Below are positions 38,201-53,200 of a stretch of 64,000 nucleotides of DNA, in pieces (position 1 is the first letter of the stretch; each line of letters starts with the position of its first letter). Below the pieces are notes generated by a model. It had not been told where the DNA came from. It worked only from the letters and a program-made list of their open reading frames with translations, and searched no databases. Made by a program: the position numbers and the translations under genes. The stretch is from Eledone cirrhosa (taxonomy: Eukaryota), in the NCBI GenBank assembly GCA_964016885.1, contig OZ024751.1, positions 6,696,001 to 6,760,000 on the forward strand, read 5' to 3'.

Positions 38201-41200
38201 GTGTGGTCTGGTTTGGTACAGTATGGTGTGATGTGGTGTGTGGGCTGGTGTGGTATAATGTGGTGTGCTGTTGTGTGTGGGCTGGTGTGGTATAGTGTGG
38301 TGTGATATATTGTGTTGTTTGGTGTGGTACAGTTTTGTGTGATGTGGTGTGTGGTCTGGTGAGGTACAGTATGGTGTGATGTAGTGTGAGGTCTGGTGTG
38401 GTACAGTATGTTATGATGCGGTGTGTGGTCTGATGTTGTACTGTATGGTGTCATGTGGTGTGTGGTCTGGTGTGGTATAGTATGGTGTGATATGGTGTGT
38501 AGTGTGGTGTGGTACAGAATGGTGTGATGTTGTGTGTGGTCTGGTGTGGTACAGTATGGTGTGATGTGGTATTTGATCTGGTGTGGTAGAATATGTTGTG
38601 ATGTGGTATGTGGTCTGGTGTGGTATAGTATGGTGTGATGTGGTGTGTGGTCTGGTATGGTATAGTATGGTGTGATGTGGTGTGTGGTCTGGTGTGGTAG
38701 AATATGGTGTGATGTGGATTGTGTTCTGGGGTGGTATAGTATGGTGTGATGTGGTGTGTGGTCTGGTGTGGTACAGTATGGGGTGATGTGGTGTTTGGTC
38801 TGGTGTGGGAGAGTACGGTGTGATGTGGTGTGTGATCTGGTGTGGTATAGCATGGTGTAATGTGGTGTGTGGTCTGGTGTGGTGCAGTATGGTGTGATCT
38901 GGTGTAGTATAATATGGTGTGATGTGGTGTGTGCTCTGGAGTGGTACAGTGTGGTGTGATGGGGTGTGTGGTCTTGTGTGGTACAGTATGTTGTGATGCG
39001 GTGTGTAGTCTGGTGTGGTACAGTGTGGTGTGATGTTGTGTGTGGTCTGATGTGCTATAGTATGGTTTGATGTGGTGTGCGCTCTAGTGTGGTACAGTGT
39101 GGTGTGCTGTGGTGTGTGGTCTGGGGTGGTATAGTATGGTGTGATGTGGTGTGTGGTATGGTTGGGTACATTATGGTGTAATGTGGTGTGTGGTCTGGTG
39201 TGGTGCAGTATGGTGTGATCTGGTGTAGTATAATATGGTGTGATGTGGTGTGTGCTCTGGAGTGGTACAGTGTGGTGTGATGGGGTGTGTGGTGTGGTGT
39301 GGTACAGTATGGTATGATGTTGTTTGTGGTCTGGTGTGGTACAGTATGGTATGATGTAGTGTGTGGTCTGGTGTGGTACAGTATGGTGTGCTGTGGTGTG
39401 TGGTCTGGGGTGGTATAGTATGGTGTGATGTGGTGTGTGGTATGGTTGGGTACATTATGGTGTGATGTGGTGTGAGGTCTTGTGTGGTACAGTATAGTGT
39501 GATGTGGTGTGTGGGCCGGTGTGGTATAGTGTGGTGTGATGTTGTGTGTGGTCTGGTGTGGTACAGTATGGTGTGATGTAATGTGTGGGCTGGTGTGGTA
39601 CAGTATCGTATGATGCGGTGTGTGGTCAGGTGTTGTTCTTTATGGTGTGATGTGGTGTGTGGTCTGGTGTGTAACAGTCTGGTGTGAATGTGTGTGTGGT
39701 CTGGTGTGGTAGAGTATAGTGTGATGTGGTCTGTGGTCTGGTGTGGTAGAGTATGGTGTGATGTGGTGTGTGGTCTGGTGTGGTATAGTATGGTGTGATG
39801 TGGTGTGTGGTCTGGTGCGGTACAGTGTGGGGTGATGTGGTGTGTGGTCTTGTGTGGTACAGTATGGTGTGATGTGGTGTGTGGTCTGGTGTGGAAAAGT
39901 ATGGTGTGATGTGGTGTGTGGTCTGGTGTGGTATATTATGGTGTGATGTGGTGTGTGGTCTGGTGTGGTAGCATGTGGTGTGATGTGGTGTGTGGTCTGG
40001 TGTGGTACAGTATAGTGTGATGTTGTATGTGGTCTGGTGTGGTACAGTATGGTGTGATGAGCTGTGTGGTCTGGTGTGGTATAGCATGGTGTGATGTGGT
40101 GTGTGGTGTGGTGTAGTATAGTATGGTGTGATGTAGTGCGTGGTCTGGTGTGGTACAGTATGGTGTGATGTGGTGTGTGGTCTGGTGTGGTATAGTATGG
40201 TGTGATGTGGTGTGTGGTCTGGTGTGGTACAGTGTGGTGTGCTGGGGTGTGTGGTCTGGTGTGGTACAGTATGGTGTGATGTGGTGTGTGGGCTGGTGTG
40301 TTATAGGTGGATGTGATGTTGTGATGCGGTGTGTGGTCTGGTGTGGTACAGTGTGGTGTGATGTGGTGTGTGGTCTGGTGTGGTATAGTATGGTGTGATG
40401 TGGTGTGTGGTCTGGTGTGATACAGTATGTTGTGATGCGGTGTGTGGTCTGGTGTGGTACAGTGTGGTGTGATGTGGTGTGTGGTCTGGTGTGGTATAGT
40501 ATGGTGTGATGTGGTGTGTGGTCTGGTGTGGTACAGTATGGTGTGATGTGGTGTGTGGGCTGGTGTGGTGCAGTTTGGTGTGATGTGGCGTGTGGTGTGG
40601 TGTAGTATAGTATGGTGTGATGTGGTGTGTGTTATGGTGTGGTATAGTGTGGTGTGACGTGGTGTGTGGTCTGGTGTGGTGTGCTGCGCCGTGTGATCTG
40701 GTGTGGTATAGTATGGTGTGATGTGGTGTGTGGTCTGGTGTGGTACAGTGTGGTGTGCTGGGGTGTGTGGTCTGGTGTGGTACAGTATGGTGTGATGTGG
40801 TGTGTGGGCTGGTGTGTTATAGGTGGATGTGATGTTGTGTGTGGGCTGGTGTGGTATAGTGTGGTGTGATGTATTGTGTGGTCTGGTGTGGTATAGTATG
40901 GTGTGATGTAGTGTGTGGTCTGGTGTGTTACAGTATGGTGTTATGTGGTGTGTGGTCTGGTGTGGTACAGTATGTTGTGATGCGGTGTGTGGTCTGGTGT
41001 GGTACAGTGTGGTGTGATGTGGTGTGTGGTCTGGTGTGGTATAGTATGGTGTGATGTGGTGTGTGGTACGGAGGGGTACAGTATGGTGTGATGTGGTGTG
41101 TGGTCTGGTGTGGTACAGTATGGTGTGATGTGGTGTGTGGGCTGGTGTGGTATAGTCTGGTGTGATGTTGTGTTTGGGCTGGTGTGTTATAGTGTGGTGT

Positions 41201-44200
41201 GATGTATTGCGTGGTTTGGTGTGGTACAGTGTTGTGTGATGTGGTGTGTGGTCTGGTGTGGTACAGTATGGTATGATACGGTGTGTGTTCTGGTGTTGTA
41301 CTGTATGGTGTGATGTGGTGTGTGGTCTGGTGTGGTATAGTATGGTGTGGTATAGTATGGTGTGATATGGTGTGTGGTGTGGTGGGGTGGGGTACAGTAT
41401 GGTGTAATGTTGTGTGTGGTCTGGTGTGGTACAGTATGGTGTAATGTTGTGTGTGGTCTGGTGTGGTACAGTATGCTATGATGTGGTGTGTGTTATGGTG
41501 CGGTACAGTATGGTGTGATGTGGTGTGTGGTATGGTGCGGTACAGTATGGTGTGATGTGGTGTGCGGTCTGGTGTGATGTGGTGTGTGTGCTGGTGTGGT
41601 ACAGTATGGTATAGTGTGGTTTGATGTAGTGTCTGGTCTGGAGTGGTAAAGTGTGGTGTGATGTGGTGTGTGGTCTGGTATGGTATAGTATGGTGTGATG
41701 TGGTGTGAGGACTGGTGTGGTAGAGTGTGGTGTGATATGGTGTGTGGTCTGGTGTGGTACAGTATGGTGTGATGTGGTTTGTGGTCTGCTGTGGTAGAGC
41801 ATGGTGTGATGTGGTGTGTGGTCTGGTGTGGTATAGCATGGTGTAATGTGGTGTGTGGTCTGGTGTTGTAGAGTGTGGTGTCACGTGGTATGTGGTCTGG
41901 TGTGGTACAATGTGGGTGATGTGGTGTGTGGTCTGGAGTGGTACAGTATGGTGTGGTGTGGTCTGTGGTCTGGTGTGGTACAGTGTGGTGCGATGTGGTG
42001 TGTGGTCTGGTGTGGTATAGTATGGTGTGATGTGGTGTGTAGTCTGGTGTGGTGCAGTGTGGTGTGATGTAGTGTGTGGTCTGGCGTGGTACAGTGTGGG
42101 GTATTATGTGGTGTGGTCTGGTGTGGTACAGTGTACTTGGATGGGGTGTGTGTTCTGGTGTGGTACAGTGTGGTGTGATGTAGTGTGTCGTCTGGTGTGG
42201 TACAGTATGGTGTGATGCGGTTGTGAGGTCTGGTGTGGTACAGTATGGTGTGATGTGGTGGGCGGTCTGGTGTGGTACAGTATGGTGTGATGTAGTGTGT
42301 GGTCTGGTGTGGTGCAGTGTGGTGTGATGTGGTGTGTGGTCTGGTGTGGTATAGTATGGTGTGATGTGGTGTGTGGTCTGGTGTGGTACAGTATGGTGTG
42401 ATGTAGTGTGTGGTCTGGTGTGGTACAGTATGGTGTGATGTGGTGTGTAGTCTGGTGTGGTACAGTATGGTGTGATATTGTGTGTGGGCTGGTGTGGTAT
42501 AGTGTGGTGTGATGTATAGTGTTGTTTGGCTTGGTACAGTGTTGTGTGATGTGGTGTGTGGTCTGGTGTGGTACAATATGGTATGTTGCGGTGTGTGGTC
42601 TGGTGTTGTACTGTATTGTGTGATATTGTGTGTGGTGTGGTGTGGTACAGTATAATGTGATGTGCTGTGTTATGGTGCGGTACAGTATGGTGTGATGTGG
42701 TGTGTGGTCTGGTGTGATGTGTCGTGTGGGCCGGTGTGGTATAGTATGGTGTGATGAGGTGTGTGGTCTTGTGTGGTACAGTGTGGTGTGATGTGGTGTG
42801 TGGTCTGGTGTGGTACAGTATGGTGTGATGTAGTGTGTGGTCTGGTGTGGTACAGTATGGTGTGATGTTGTGTGTTGTCTGGTGTAGTGTGGTGTGTGAT
42901 CTGGTGTGGTACAGTATGGTGTGATGTAGTGTGTGGCCTGATGTGGTATAGTATGGTGTGATGTGGTGTGCGGTCTAGTGTGGTACAATGTGGTGTGATG
43001 TGGTGTGTGGTCTGGTGTGGTACAGTATGGTGTGATGTAGTGTATGGTCTGGTGTGGTACAGTGTGGTGTGATGTGGTGTGTGGTCTGCTGTGGTATAGT
43101 GTGGTGTGATGTGGTGTGTTGTATTATGGGGTACATTATGGTGTGATGTGGTGTGTGGTCTGGTTGGTTACAGTATGGTGTGATGTGGTGTGTGGGCTGG
43201 TGTGGTATAATGTGGTGTGCTGTTGTGTGAGGGCTGGTGTGTTATAGTGTGGTGTGATGTATTGTGTTGTTTGGTGTGGTACAGTTTTGTGTGATGTGGT
43301 GTGTGGTCTGGTGAGGTACAGTATGGTGTGATGTAGTGTGTGGTCTGGTGTGGTACAGTATGTTATGATGCGGTGTGTGGTCTGATGTTGTACTGTATGG
43401 TGTCATGTGGTGTGTGGTCTGGTGTGGTATAGTATGGTGTGATATGGTGTGTAGTGTGGTGTGGTACAGAATGGTGTGATGTTGTGTGTGGTCTGGTGTG
43501 GTACAGTATGGTGTGATGTGGTGTTTGATCTGGTGTGGTAGAGTATGGTGTGATGTGGTATGTGGTCTGGTGTGATAGATTGTGGCGTGACGTGGATTGT
43601 GTTCTGGGGTGGTATAGTATGGTGTAACGTGGTGTGTGGTCTGGTGTGGTATAGTATGGGGTGATGTGGTGTTTGGTCTGGTGTGGTACAATATGGTGTG
43701 ATGTATTGTGTGGTCTGGTGTGGTACACTATGGTATGTTGCGGTGTGTGGTCTGGTGTTGTACTGTATGGTGTGATATGGTGTGTGGTGTGGTGTGGTAC
43801 AGTATGATGTGATGTGCTGTGTTATGGTGCGGTACAGTATGGTGTGATGTGGTGTGTGGTCTGGTGTGGTACAGTGTTATGTGATGTGGTGTGTGGTCTG
43901 GTGTGGTACAGTATGGTGTGATGTAGTGTGTGGTCTGGTGTCGTACAGTATGGTGTGATGTGGTGTGTGGTCTGGTGTGGTACAGTATGGATTGATGTGG
44001 TGTTTGGTCTGGTGTGGGAGAGTACGGTGTGATGTGGTGTCTGATCTGGTGTGGTATAGCATGGTGTAATGTGGTGTGTGGTCTGGTGTGGTGCAGTATG
44101 GTGTGATGTGGTGTGTGCTCTGGAGTGGTACAGTGTGGTGTGATGGGGTGTGTGGTCTGGTGTGGTACAGTATGTTGTGCAGTGGTGTGTGGTCTGGTGT

Positions 44201-47200
44201 GGTATAGTATGGTGTAATATGGTGTGTGGTCTGGTGTGGTACAGTATGTTGTGATGCGGTGTGTAGTCTGGTGTGGTACAGTGTGGTGTGATGTTGTGTG
44301 TGGTCTGATGTGGTATAGTATTGTTTGATGTGGTCTGCGCTCTAGCGTGGTACAGTGTGGTGGTGTGTGGTGTGGTGTGGTACGGTATGGTGTGATGTTG
44401 TTTGTGGTCTGGTGTGGTACAGTATGGTGTGATGTAGTGTGTGGTCTGGTGTGGTACAGTATGGTGTGATGCGGTGTGTGGTCTGTTGTGGTACAGTGTG
44501 GCGTGATGTGGTGTGTGGTCTGGGGTGGTATAGTATGGTGTGATGTGGTGTGTGGTCTGGTTGGTTACATTATGGTGTTATGTGGTGTGTTGTCTTGTGT
44601 GGTACAGTATGGTGTGATGTGGTTTGTGGGCCGGTGTGGTATAGTGTGGTGTGTTGTGTGTGGTCTGGTGTGGTAGAGTATGGTGTTATGTAGTGTGTGG
44701 TCTGGTGTGGTACAGTATCGTATGATGCGGTGTGTGGTCTGGTGTTGTACTTTATGGTGTGATGTGGTGTGTGGTCTGGTGTGGTACAGTATGGTGTGAT
44801 GTGGTGTGTGGTCTGGTGTGGAAAAGTATGGTGTGATGTGGTGTGTGGTCTGGTGTGGTAGCGTGTGGTGTGATGTGGTGTGTGGTCTGGTGTGGTACAG
44901 TGTAGTGTGATGTTGCATGTGGTCTCGTGTGGTACAGTATGGTGTTACGTGTTAAGTGTCATGTGTGGTGCAGTGTGGTGTGATGTAGTGTGTGGTCTGG
45001 TGTGGTACAGTATGGTGTGAAGATGTGTGTGGTCTGGTGTGGTATAGTATGGTGTGATGTGGTGCGTGGTCTGGTCTGGTATATTATAGTGTGATGTGGT
45101 GTGTGGTCTGGTGTGGTACAGTATGGTGTGATGTGGTGTGAGGTATGGTGTGGTACAGTATGGTGTGATGTGGTGTGTGGTTTTGTGCGATATAGTGTGG
45201 TGTGACATGGTGTGTGGTCTGGTGTGGTACAGTGTGGTGTGCTGTGGTGTGTGGTCTGGTGTGGTATAGTATGGTGTGATGTGGTGTGTGGTCTGGTGTG
45301 GTACAGTGTGGTGTGCTGGGGTTTGTGGTCTGGTGTGGTACAGTATGGTGTGATGTGGTGTGTGGGCTGGTGTGTTATAGGTGGATGTGATGTTGTGTGT
45401 GGGCTGGTGTGGTATAGTGTGGTGTGATGTATTATGTGGTCTGGTGTGGTATAGTATGGTGTGATGTAGTGTGTGGTCTGGTGTGGTACAGTATGGTGTG
45501 ATGTGGTCTGTGGTCTGGTGTGGTACAGTATGGTGTGATGCGGTGTGTGGTCTGGTGTGGTACAGTGTGGTGTGATGTGGTGTGTGGTCTGGTGTGGTAT
45601 AGTATGGTGTGATGTGGTGTGTGGTACGGAGGGGTACAGTATGGTGTGATGTGGTGTGTGGTCTGGTGTGGTAGAGTATGGTGTGATGTGGTGTGTGGGC
45701 TGGTGTGGTATAGTCTGGTGTGATGTTGTGTGTGGGCTGGTGTGTTATAGTGTGGTGTGATGTATTGCGTGGTTTGGTGTGGTACAGTGTTGTGTGATGT
45801 GGTGTGTGGTCTGGTGTGGTACAGTATGGTATGATACGGTGTGTGTTCTGGTGTTGTACTGTATGGTGTGATGTGGTTTGTGGTCTGGTGTGGTACAGTA
45901 TGGTGTGATGTGGTGTGTGGTCTGGTGTGGTACAGTATGGTGTAATGTTGTGCGTGGTCTGGTGTGGTACTGTAAGGTGTAATGTTGTGCGTGGTCTGGT
46001 GTGGTACAGTATGCTATGATGTGGTGTGTGTTATGGTGCGGTACAGTATGGTGTGATGTGGTGTGTGGTATGGTGCGGTACAGTATGGTGTGATGTGGTG
46101 TGTGGTCTGGTGTGATGTGGTGTGTGTGCTGGTGTGGTACAGTGTGGTATAGTGTGGTGTGATGTAGTGTCTGGTCTGGAGTGGTAAAGTGTGGTGTGAT
46201 GTGGTGTGTGGTCTGGTGTGGTATAGTATGGTGTGATGTGGTGTGAGGACTGGTGTGGTAGAGTGTGGTGTGATATGGTGTGTGGTCTGGTGTGGTACAG
46301 TATGATGTGATGCGGTGTGTGATCCAGTGTGGTATAGTATGGTGTGATGTGGTTTGTGGTATAACATGGTGTAATGTGGTGTGTGGTCTGGTGTGGTATA
46401 GCATGGTGTAATGTGGTGTGTGGTCTGGTGTTGTAGAGTGTGGTGTCACGTGGTATGTGGTCTGGTGTGGTACAATATGGGTGATGTGGTGTGTGGTCTG
46501 GAGTGGAACAGTATGGTGTGGTGTGTTCTGTGGTCTGGTGTGGTACAGTGTTGTGTGATGTGGTGTGTGGTCTGGTGTTGTACAGTATGGTGTGATGTAG
46601 TGTGTGGTCTGGTGTGGTAGAGTATGGTGTGATGTGGCGTGTGGTCTGGTGTGGTACAGTGTGGGGTATTATGTGGTATGGTCTGGTGTGGTACTGTGTA
46701 GTTGGATGGGGTGTGTGTTCTGGTGTGGTACAGTGTGGTGTGATGTAGTGTTTGGTCTGGTGTGGTACAGTATGGTGTGATGCGGTTGTGAGGTCTGGTG
46801 TGGTACAGTATGGTGTGATGTGGTGGGGGGTCTGGTGTGGTACAGTATGGTGTGATGTGGTGGGGGATCTGGTGTGTTACAGTATGGTGTGATGTGGTGT
46901 GTGGGCTGGTGTGGTATAGTGTGATGTGATGTTGTGTGTGATCTGGTGTGGTATAGTATGGTGTGACGTGGTGGGCGGTCTGGTGTGGAACAGTATGGTG
47001 TGATGTAGTGTGTGGTCTGGTGTGGTGCAGTGTGGTGTGATGTGGTGTGTGGTCTGGTGTGGTATAGTTTGGTGTGATGTTGTGTGTGGTCTGGTGTGGT
47101 ACAGTATGTTGTGATGTAGTGTGTGGTCTGGTGTGGTACAGTATGGTGTGATGTAGTGTGTGGTCTGGTCTGGTGCAGTGTGGTGTGATGTAGTGTGTGG

Positions 47201-50200
47201 TCTGCTGTGGTACAGTATGGTGTGATGTGGTGTGTAGTCTGGTGTGGTACAGTATGGTGTGATATTGTGTGTGGGCTGGTGCTGTATAGTGTGGTGTGAT
47301 GTATAGTGTTGTTTGGTTTGGTACAGTGTTGTGTGATGTGGTGTGTGGTCTGGTGTGGTACAATATGGTGTGATGTATTGTGTGGTCTGGTGTGGTACAC
47401 TATGGTATGTTGCGGTGTGTGGTCTGGTGTTGTACTGTATGGTGTGATATGGTGTGTGGTGTGGTTCAGTATGATGTGATGTGCTGTGTTATGGTGCAGT
47501 ACAGTATGGTGTGATGTGGTGTGTGGGCCGGTGTGGTATAGTATGGTGTGATGTAGTGTGTGGTCTGGTGTGGTACAGTGTTATGTGATGTGGTGTGTGG
47601 TCTGGTGTGGTACAGTATGGTGTGATGTAGTGTGTGGTCTGGTGTTGTACTGTATGGTGTGGTGTGGTGTGTGGTGTGGTGTGGTGTGGTACAGTATGGT
47701 GTGATGTGGTGTGTGGGCCGGTGTGGTATAGTATGGTGTGATGTAGTGTGTGGTCTGGTGTGGTACAGTGTTATGTGATGTGGTGTGTGGTCTGGTGTCG
47801 TACAGTATGGTATGATGCCGTGTGTGGTCTGGTGTTGTACTGTATGGTGTGATGTGGTGTGTGGTGTGGTGTGGTGTGGTACAGTATGGTGTGATGTTAT
47901 GTGTGGTCTGGTGTGGTACAGAATGATGTGATGTGGTGTGTGTTATGGTGCGGTACAGTATGGTGTGATGTGGTGTGTGGTATGGTGTGATGTGGTGTGT
48001 GGTCCGGTGTGGTACAGTGTGGTGTGATGTTGAGTGTGGGCTGGTGTGGTATGCTGTGGTGTGATATGGTGTGTGGTCTGGTGTGGGACAGTATGATGTG
48101 ATGCGGTGTGTGATCTGGTGTGGTATAGTATGGTGTGATGCAGTGTGTGGTCGTGGTGATGTACAGTGTGGTGTGCTGTGGTGTGTGGTCTGGTGTGGTA
48201 TAGTATGGTGTGATGTGGTTTGTGGTCTGGTGTGGTACAGTATGGTGTGATGTGGTGTTTGGTCTGGTGTGGTACAGTGTGGTGTGATATGGTGTGTGGT
48301 CTGGTGTGGTATAGTATGGTATGATGTGGTGTGTGGTCTTGTGTGGTAGAGTATGGTTTGATGTGGTGTGTGGTCTGGTGTGGTAGAGTGTGGTGTGATG
48401 TTGTGTGTGGTCTGGTGTGGTAGAATATGGTGTAATGTGGTGTGTGGTCTGGTGTGGTATAGCATGGTGTAATGTGGTGTGTGGTCTGGTGTGGTAGAGC
48501 GTGGTGTGATGTTGTGTGTGGTCTGGTGTGGTAGAGTATGGTGTGATGTGGTGTGTGGTCTGGTGTGGTATAGCATGGTGTAATGTGGTGTGTGGTCTGG
48601 TGTGGTAGAGTGTGGTGTGATGTTGTGTGTGGTCTGGTGTGGTTTAGTATTGTGTGATGTGGTGTGTGGTATGGTGTGATGTGGTGTGTGGTATTGTGCG
48701 GTATAGTGTGGTGTGATGTGGTGCGTGGTCTGCTGTGGTACAGTGTGGTGTGCTGTGGTGTGTGGTCTGGTGTGGTATATTATGGTGTGTGGTCTGGTGT
48801 TGTATAGTATGGTGTGATGTGGTGTGTGGACTGGTGTGGTACAGCGTGGTGTGTTCTAGTGTGAGGTCTGGTGTGGTATAGTATAGTGTGATGCAGTGTG
48901 TGGTCTGGTGTAGTACAGTATGGTGTAATGTGGTGTGTGGTCTGGTATGGTATAGTATGGTGTGATGTGATCTGAGGTCTGGTGTGGTTCAGTATGGTGT
49001 GATGTGGTGTGTGGTCTGGTGTGGTACAGGTTGGTGTGATGTGGTGTGTGGTCTCGTATGGTATAGTATGGTGTGATGTGGTGTGTGGTCTGGTGCGGTA
49101 GAGTATGGTGTGATGTGGTGTGTGGTCCGCTGTGGTACAGTGTGGTGTGCTGTGGTGTGTGGTCTGGTGTGGTATAGTATGGTGTGATGTGGTGTGTGGT
49201 GTGGTGTGGTACAGTGTAGTGTGCTGTAGTCTGTGGTCTGGTATGGTATAGTATGGTGTGATGTGGTCTGAGGTCTGGTGTGGTTCAGTATGGTGTGATG
49301 TGATGTGTGGTCTGGTGTGGTACAGGTTGGTGTGATGTGGTGTGTGGTCTCGTGTGGTATAGTATGGTGTGATGTGGTGTGTGGTCTGGTGTGGAAGAGT
49401 ATGGTGTGATGTGGTGAGTGGTCTGGTGTGGTATAGCATGGTGTGATTTGGTGTGCGATCTGGTGTGGTATGTGTGGTGTGATGTGGTGTGTGGTCTGGT
49501 GAGGTACAGTGTGGTGTGATGTGGTGTGTGGTCCGGTGTGGTATAATATGGTGTGATGTGGTTTGTGGTCCGGTGTGATACAGTATGGTGTGATGTGGTG
49601 TGTGTTCTGGTGTGGTATAGTATGGTGTGATGTGGTGTGTGGTCCGGTGTGGTACAGTATGGTGTGATGTGGTATGTGGTCCGGTGTGGTACAGTGTGGT
49701 GTGCTGTGGTGTGTGGTCTGGTGTGGTACAGTATGGTGTGATGTGGTGTGTGGTCTGGTGTGGTACAATGTGGTGTGATGTGCTGTATGGTCTGGTGTGG
49801 TACAGTATGGTGTGGTGTGGTGTGTGGTCTGGTGTGGTGCAGTTTGGTGTGATGTGGTGTGTGGTTTGGTGTGGTAAACAGTAGTGTGATGTGGTGTGTG
49901 GTCTGGTGTGGTATAGTACGGTGTGATGTGGTGTGTGGTCTGGTGTGGTATAGTATGGTGTGATGTGGTATGTGGTCTGGTGTGGTACAGTGTGGTGTGA
50001 TGTGGTGTGTTGTCTGGTGTAGTACAGTGTGGGGTGATGTGGTGTGTGGTCTTGTGTGGTAGAGTATGGTGTGATACGGTGTGTGGTCTGGTGCGGTACA
50101 GTGTGGGGTATTTTGTGTGTGGTCTCGTGTGGTACAGTGTAGTGTGATGGGGTGTGTGTTCTGGTGTGGTATAGTGTAGTGTGATGGGGTGTGTGTTCTG

Positions 50201-53200
50201 GTGTCGTACAGTGTGGTGTGATATAGTGTGTCATCTGGTGTGGTACAGTATGGTGTGATGTGGTGTGTGGTCTAGTGTGTTATAGTGGGGTGTGATGTTG
50301 TGTGTGGTCTGGTGTGGTAGAGTATGGTGTGATGTGGTGTGTGGTCTGGTGTGGTATAGTATGGTGTGATGTGGTGTGTGGTCTGCTGTGATATATTATT
50401 ATGTGATGTGGTGTGTGGTCTGGTGTGGTATAGTATGGTGTGATATGGTTTGTGGTCTGGTGTGGTACAGTATGGTGTGATGTGGTGTGTGGTCTGGTGT
50501 GGTACAGTGTGGTGTGATGTGGTGTGTGGTCTGGTAAGGTACAGTGTGGTGTGCTGTCGTGTGTGGTCTGGTGTGGTATACTATGGTGTGATGTGGTGTG
50601 TGGTCTGGTGTGGTACAGTATGATGTGATGTGGTGTGTGGTCTGGTATGGTACAGTATGGTGTGGTGTGGTCTGGTCTGGTGTGGTATAGTATGGTGTGA
50701 TGTGGTGTGTGGTCTGGTGTGGTACAGTGTGGTGTGCTGTGGTGTGTGGTCTGGTGTTGTATAGTATTGTGTGATGTGGTTTGTGGTCTGGTGTGGTACA
50801 GTATGGTGTGATGTGGTGTTTGGTCTGGTGTGGTACAGTGTGGTGTGATATGGTGTGTGGTCTGGTGTGGTATAGTATGGTGTGATGTGGTGTGTGGTCT
50901 GGTGTGGTAGAGTATGGTTTGATGTCGTGTGTGGTCTGGTGTGGTAGAGTGTGGTGTGATGTTGTGTGTGGACTGGTGTGGTAGAATATGGTGTAATGTG
51001 GTGTGTGGTCTGGTGTGGTATAGCATGGTGTAATGTGGTGTGTGGTCTGGTGTGGTAGAGTGTGGTTTGATGTTGTGTGTGGTCTGGTGTGGTAGAGTAT
51101 GGTGTGATGTGGTGTGTGGTCTGGTGTGGTATAGCATGGTGTAATGTGGTGTGTGGTCTGGTGTGGTAGAGTGTGGTGTGATGTTGTGTGTGGTCTGGTG
51201 TGGTAGAGAATGGTGTGATGTTGTGTGTGGTCTGGTGTGGTAGAGAATGGTGTGATGTGCTGTTTGGTCTGGTGTGGTTTAGTATTGTGTGATGTTTTGT
51301 GTGGTCTCGTGTTGTAGAGTATGGTGTGATGTGGTGTGTGGTCTGCTGTGGTACAGTGTGGTGTGCTGTGGTGTGTGTTCTGGTATGGTATAGTATGGTG
51401 TGATATGGTGTGTGGTCTGGTGTGGTACAGTGTGGTGTGCTGTAGTTTGTGGTCTGGTATGGTATAGTATGGTGTGATGTGGTGTGTGGTCTGGTGTGGT
51501 ACAGTATGGTGTGATGTGGTGTGTGGTATGGTGTGATGTGGTGTGTGGTATTGTGCGGTATAGTGTGGTGTGATGTGGTGCGTGGTCTGCTGTGGTACAG
51601 TGTGGTGTGCTGTGGTGTGTGGTCTGGTGTGGTATATTATGGTGTGTGGTCTGGTGTTGTATAGTATGGTGTGATGTGGTGTGTGGACTGGTGTGGTACA
51701 GCGTGGTGTGCTCTAGTGTGTGGTCTGGTGTGGTACAGTATGGTGTAATGTGGTGTGTGGTATTGTGCGGTAGAGTATGGTGTGATGTGGTGTGTGGTCT
51801 GCTGTGGTACAGTGTGGTGTGCTGTGGTGTGTGGTCTGGTGTGGTATAGTATGGTGTGATGTGGTGTGTGGTCTGGTGTGGTACAGTGTAGTGTGCTGTA
51901 GTGTGTGGTCTGGTATGGTATAGTATGGTGTGATGTGGTCTGAGGTCTGGTGTGGTTCAGTATGGTGTGATGTGGTGTGTGGTCTGGTGTGGTACAGGTT
52001 GGTGTGATGTGGTGTGTGGTCTTGTGTGGTATAGTATGTTGGGATGTGGTGTTTGGTCTGGTGTGGTACAGTGTGGTGTGATGTGGTGTGTGGTCTGGTG
52101 TGGCACAGTATGGTGTGATGTGGTGTGTGGTCTCGTGTGGTATAGTATGGTGTGATGTGGTGTGTGGTCTGGTGTGGAAGAGTATGGTGTGATGTGGTGA
52201 GTGGTCTGGTGTGGTAGAGGATGGTGTGATGCGGTGTGTGGTCTGGTGCGGTACAGTGTGGGGTATTTTGTGTGTGGTCTGGTGTGGTACAGTGTAGTGT
52301 GATGAGGTGTGTGTTCTGGTGTGGTACAGTATGGTGTGATGTTGTGTGTCATCTGGTGTGGTACAGTATGGTGTGATGCGGTGTGTGGTCTGGTGTGGTA
52401 CAGTATGGTGTGATGTGGTGTGTGGTCTAGTGTGTTATAGTGGGGTGTGATGTTGTGTGTGGTCTGGTGTGGTAGAGTATGGTGTGATGTGGTGTGTGGT
52501 CTGCTGTGGTATATTATTATGTGATGTGGTGTGTGGTCTGGTGTGTTATAGTATCGTGTGATATGGTTTGTGGTCTGGTGTGGTACAGTATGGTGTGATG
52601 TGGTGTGTGGTCTGGTGTGGTACAGTGTGGTGTGATGTGGTGTGTGGTCTGGTGTGGTACAGTATGGTGTGATATAGTGTGTGGTATTGTGCGGTAGAGT
52701 ATGGTGTGATGTGGTGTCAGGTCTGGTGTGGTACAGTGTGGTGTGCTGTCGTGTGTGGTCTGGTGTGGTATACTATGGTGTGATGTGGTGTGTGGTCTGG
52801 TGTGGTACAGTATGGTGTGATGTGGTGTGTGGTCTGGTGTGGTATAGTATGGTGTGATGTAGTGTGTGGTCTGGTGTGGTACAGTATGTTGTGATGTGAG
52901 GTGTGGTCTGGTATAGTGTGGTGTGATGTGGTATGCGGTCTGGTGTGGTACAGTATGGTGTGGTGTGGTGTGTGGTCTGGTAAGGTACAGTGTGGTGTGA
53001 TATAGTGTGTGGTCTCGTGTGGTATAGTATGGTGTGATGTGGTGTGTGGTCTGGTATAGTGTGGTGTAATGTGGTGTGTGGTCTGGTATGGTACAGTATA
53101 GTGTGCTGTGGTGTGTGGTCTGGTGTGGTATAGTATGCTGTGATGTAGTGTGTGGTCTGGTGTGGTACAGTAAGTTGAGATGCGGTGTGTGGTCTGGTGT

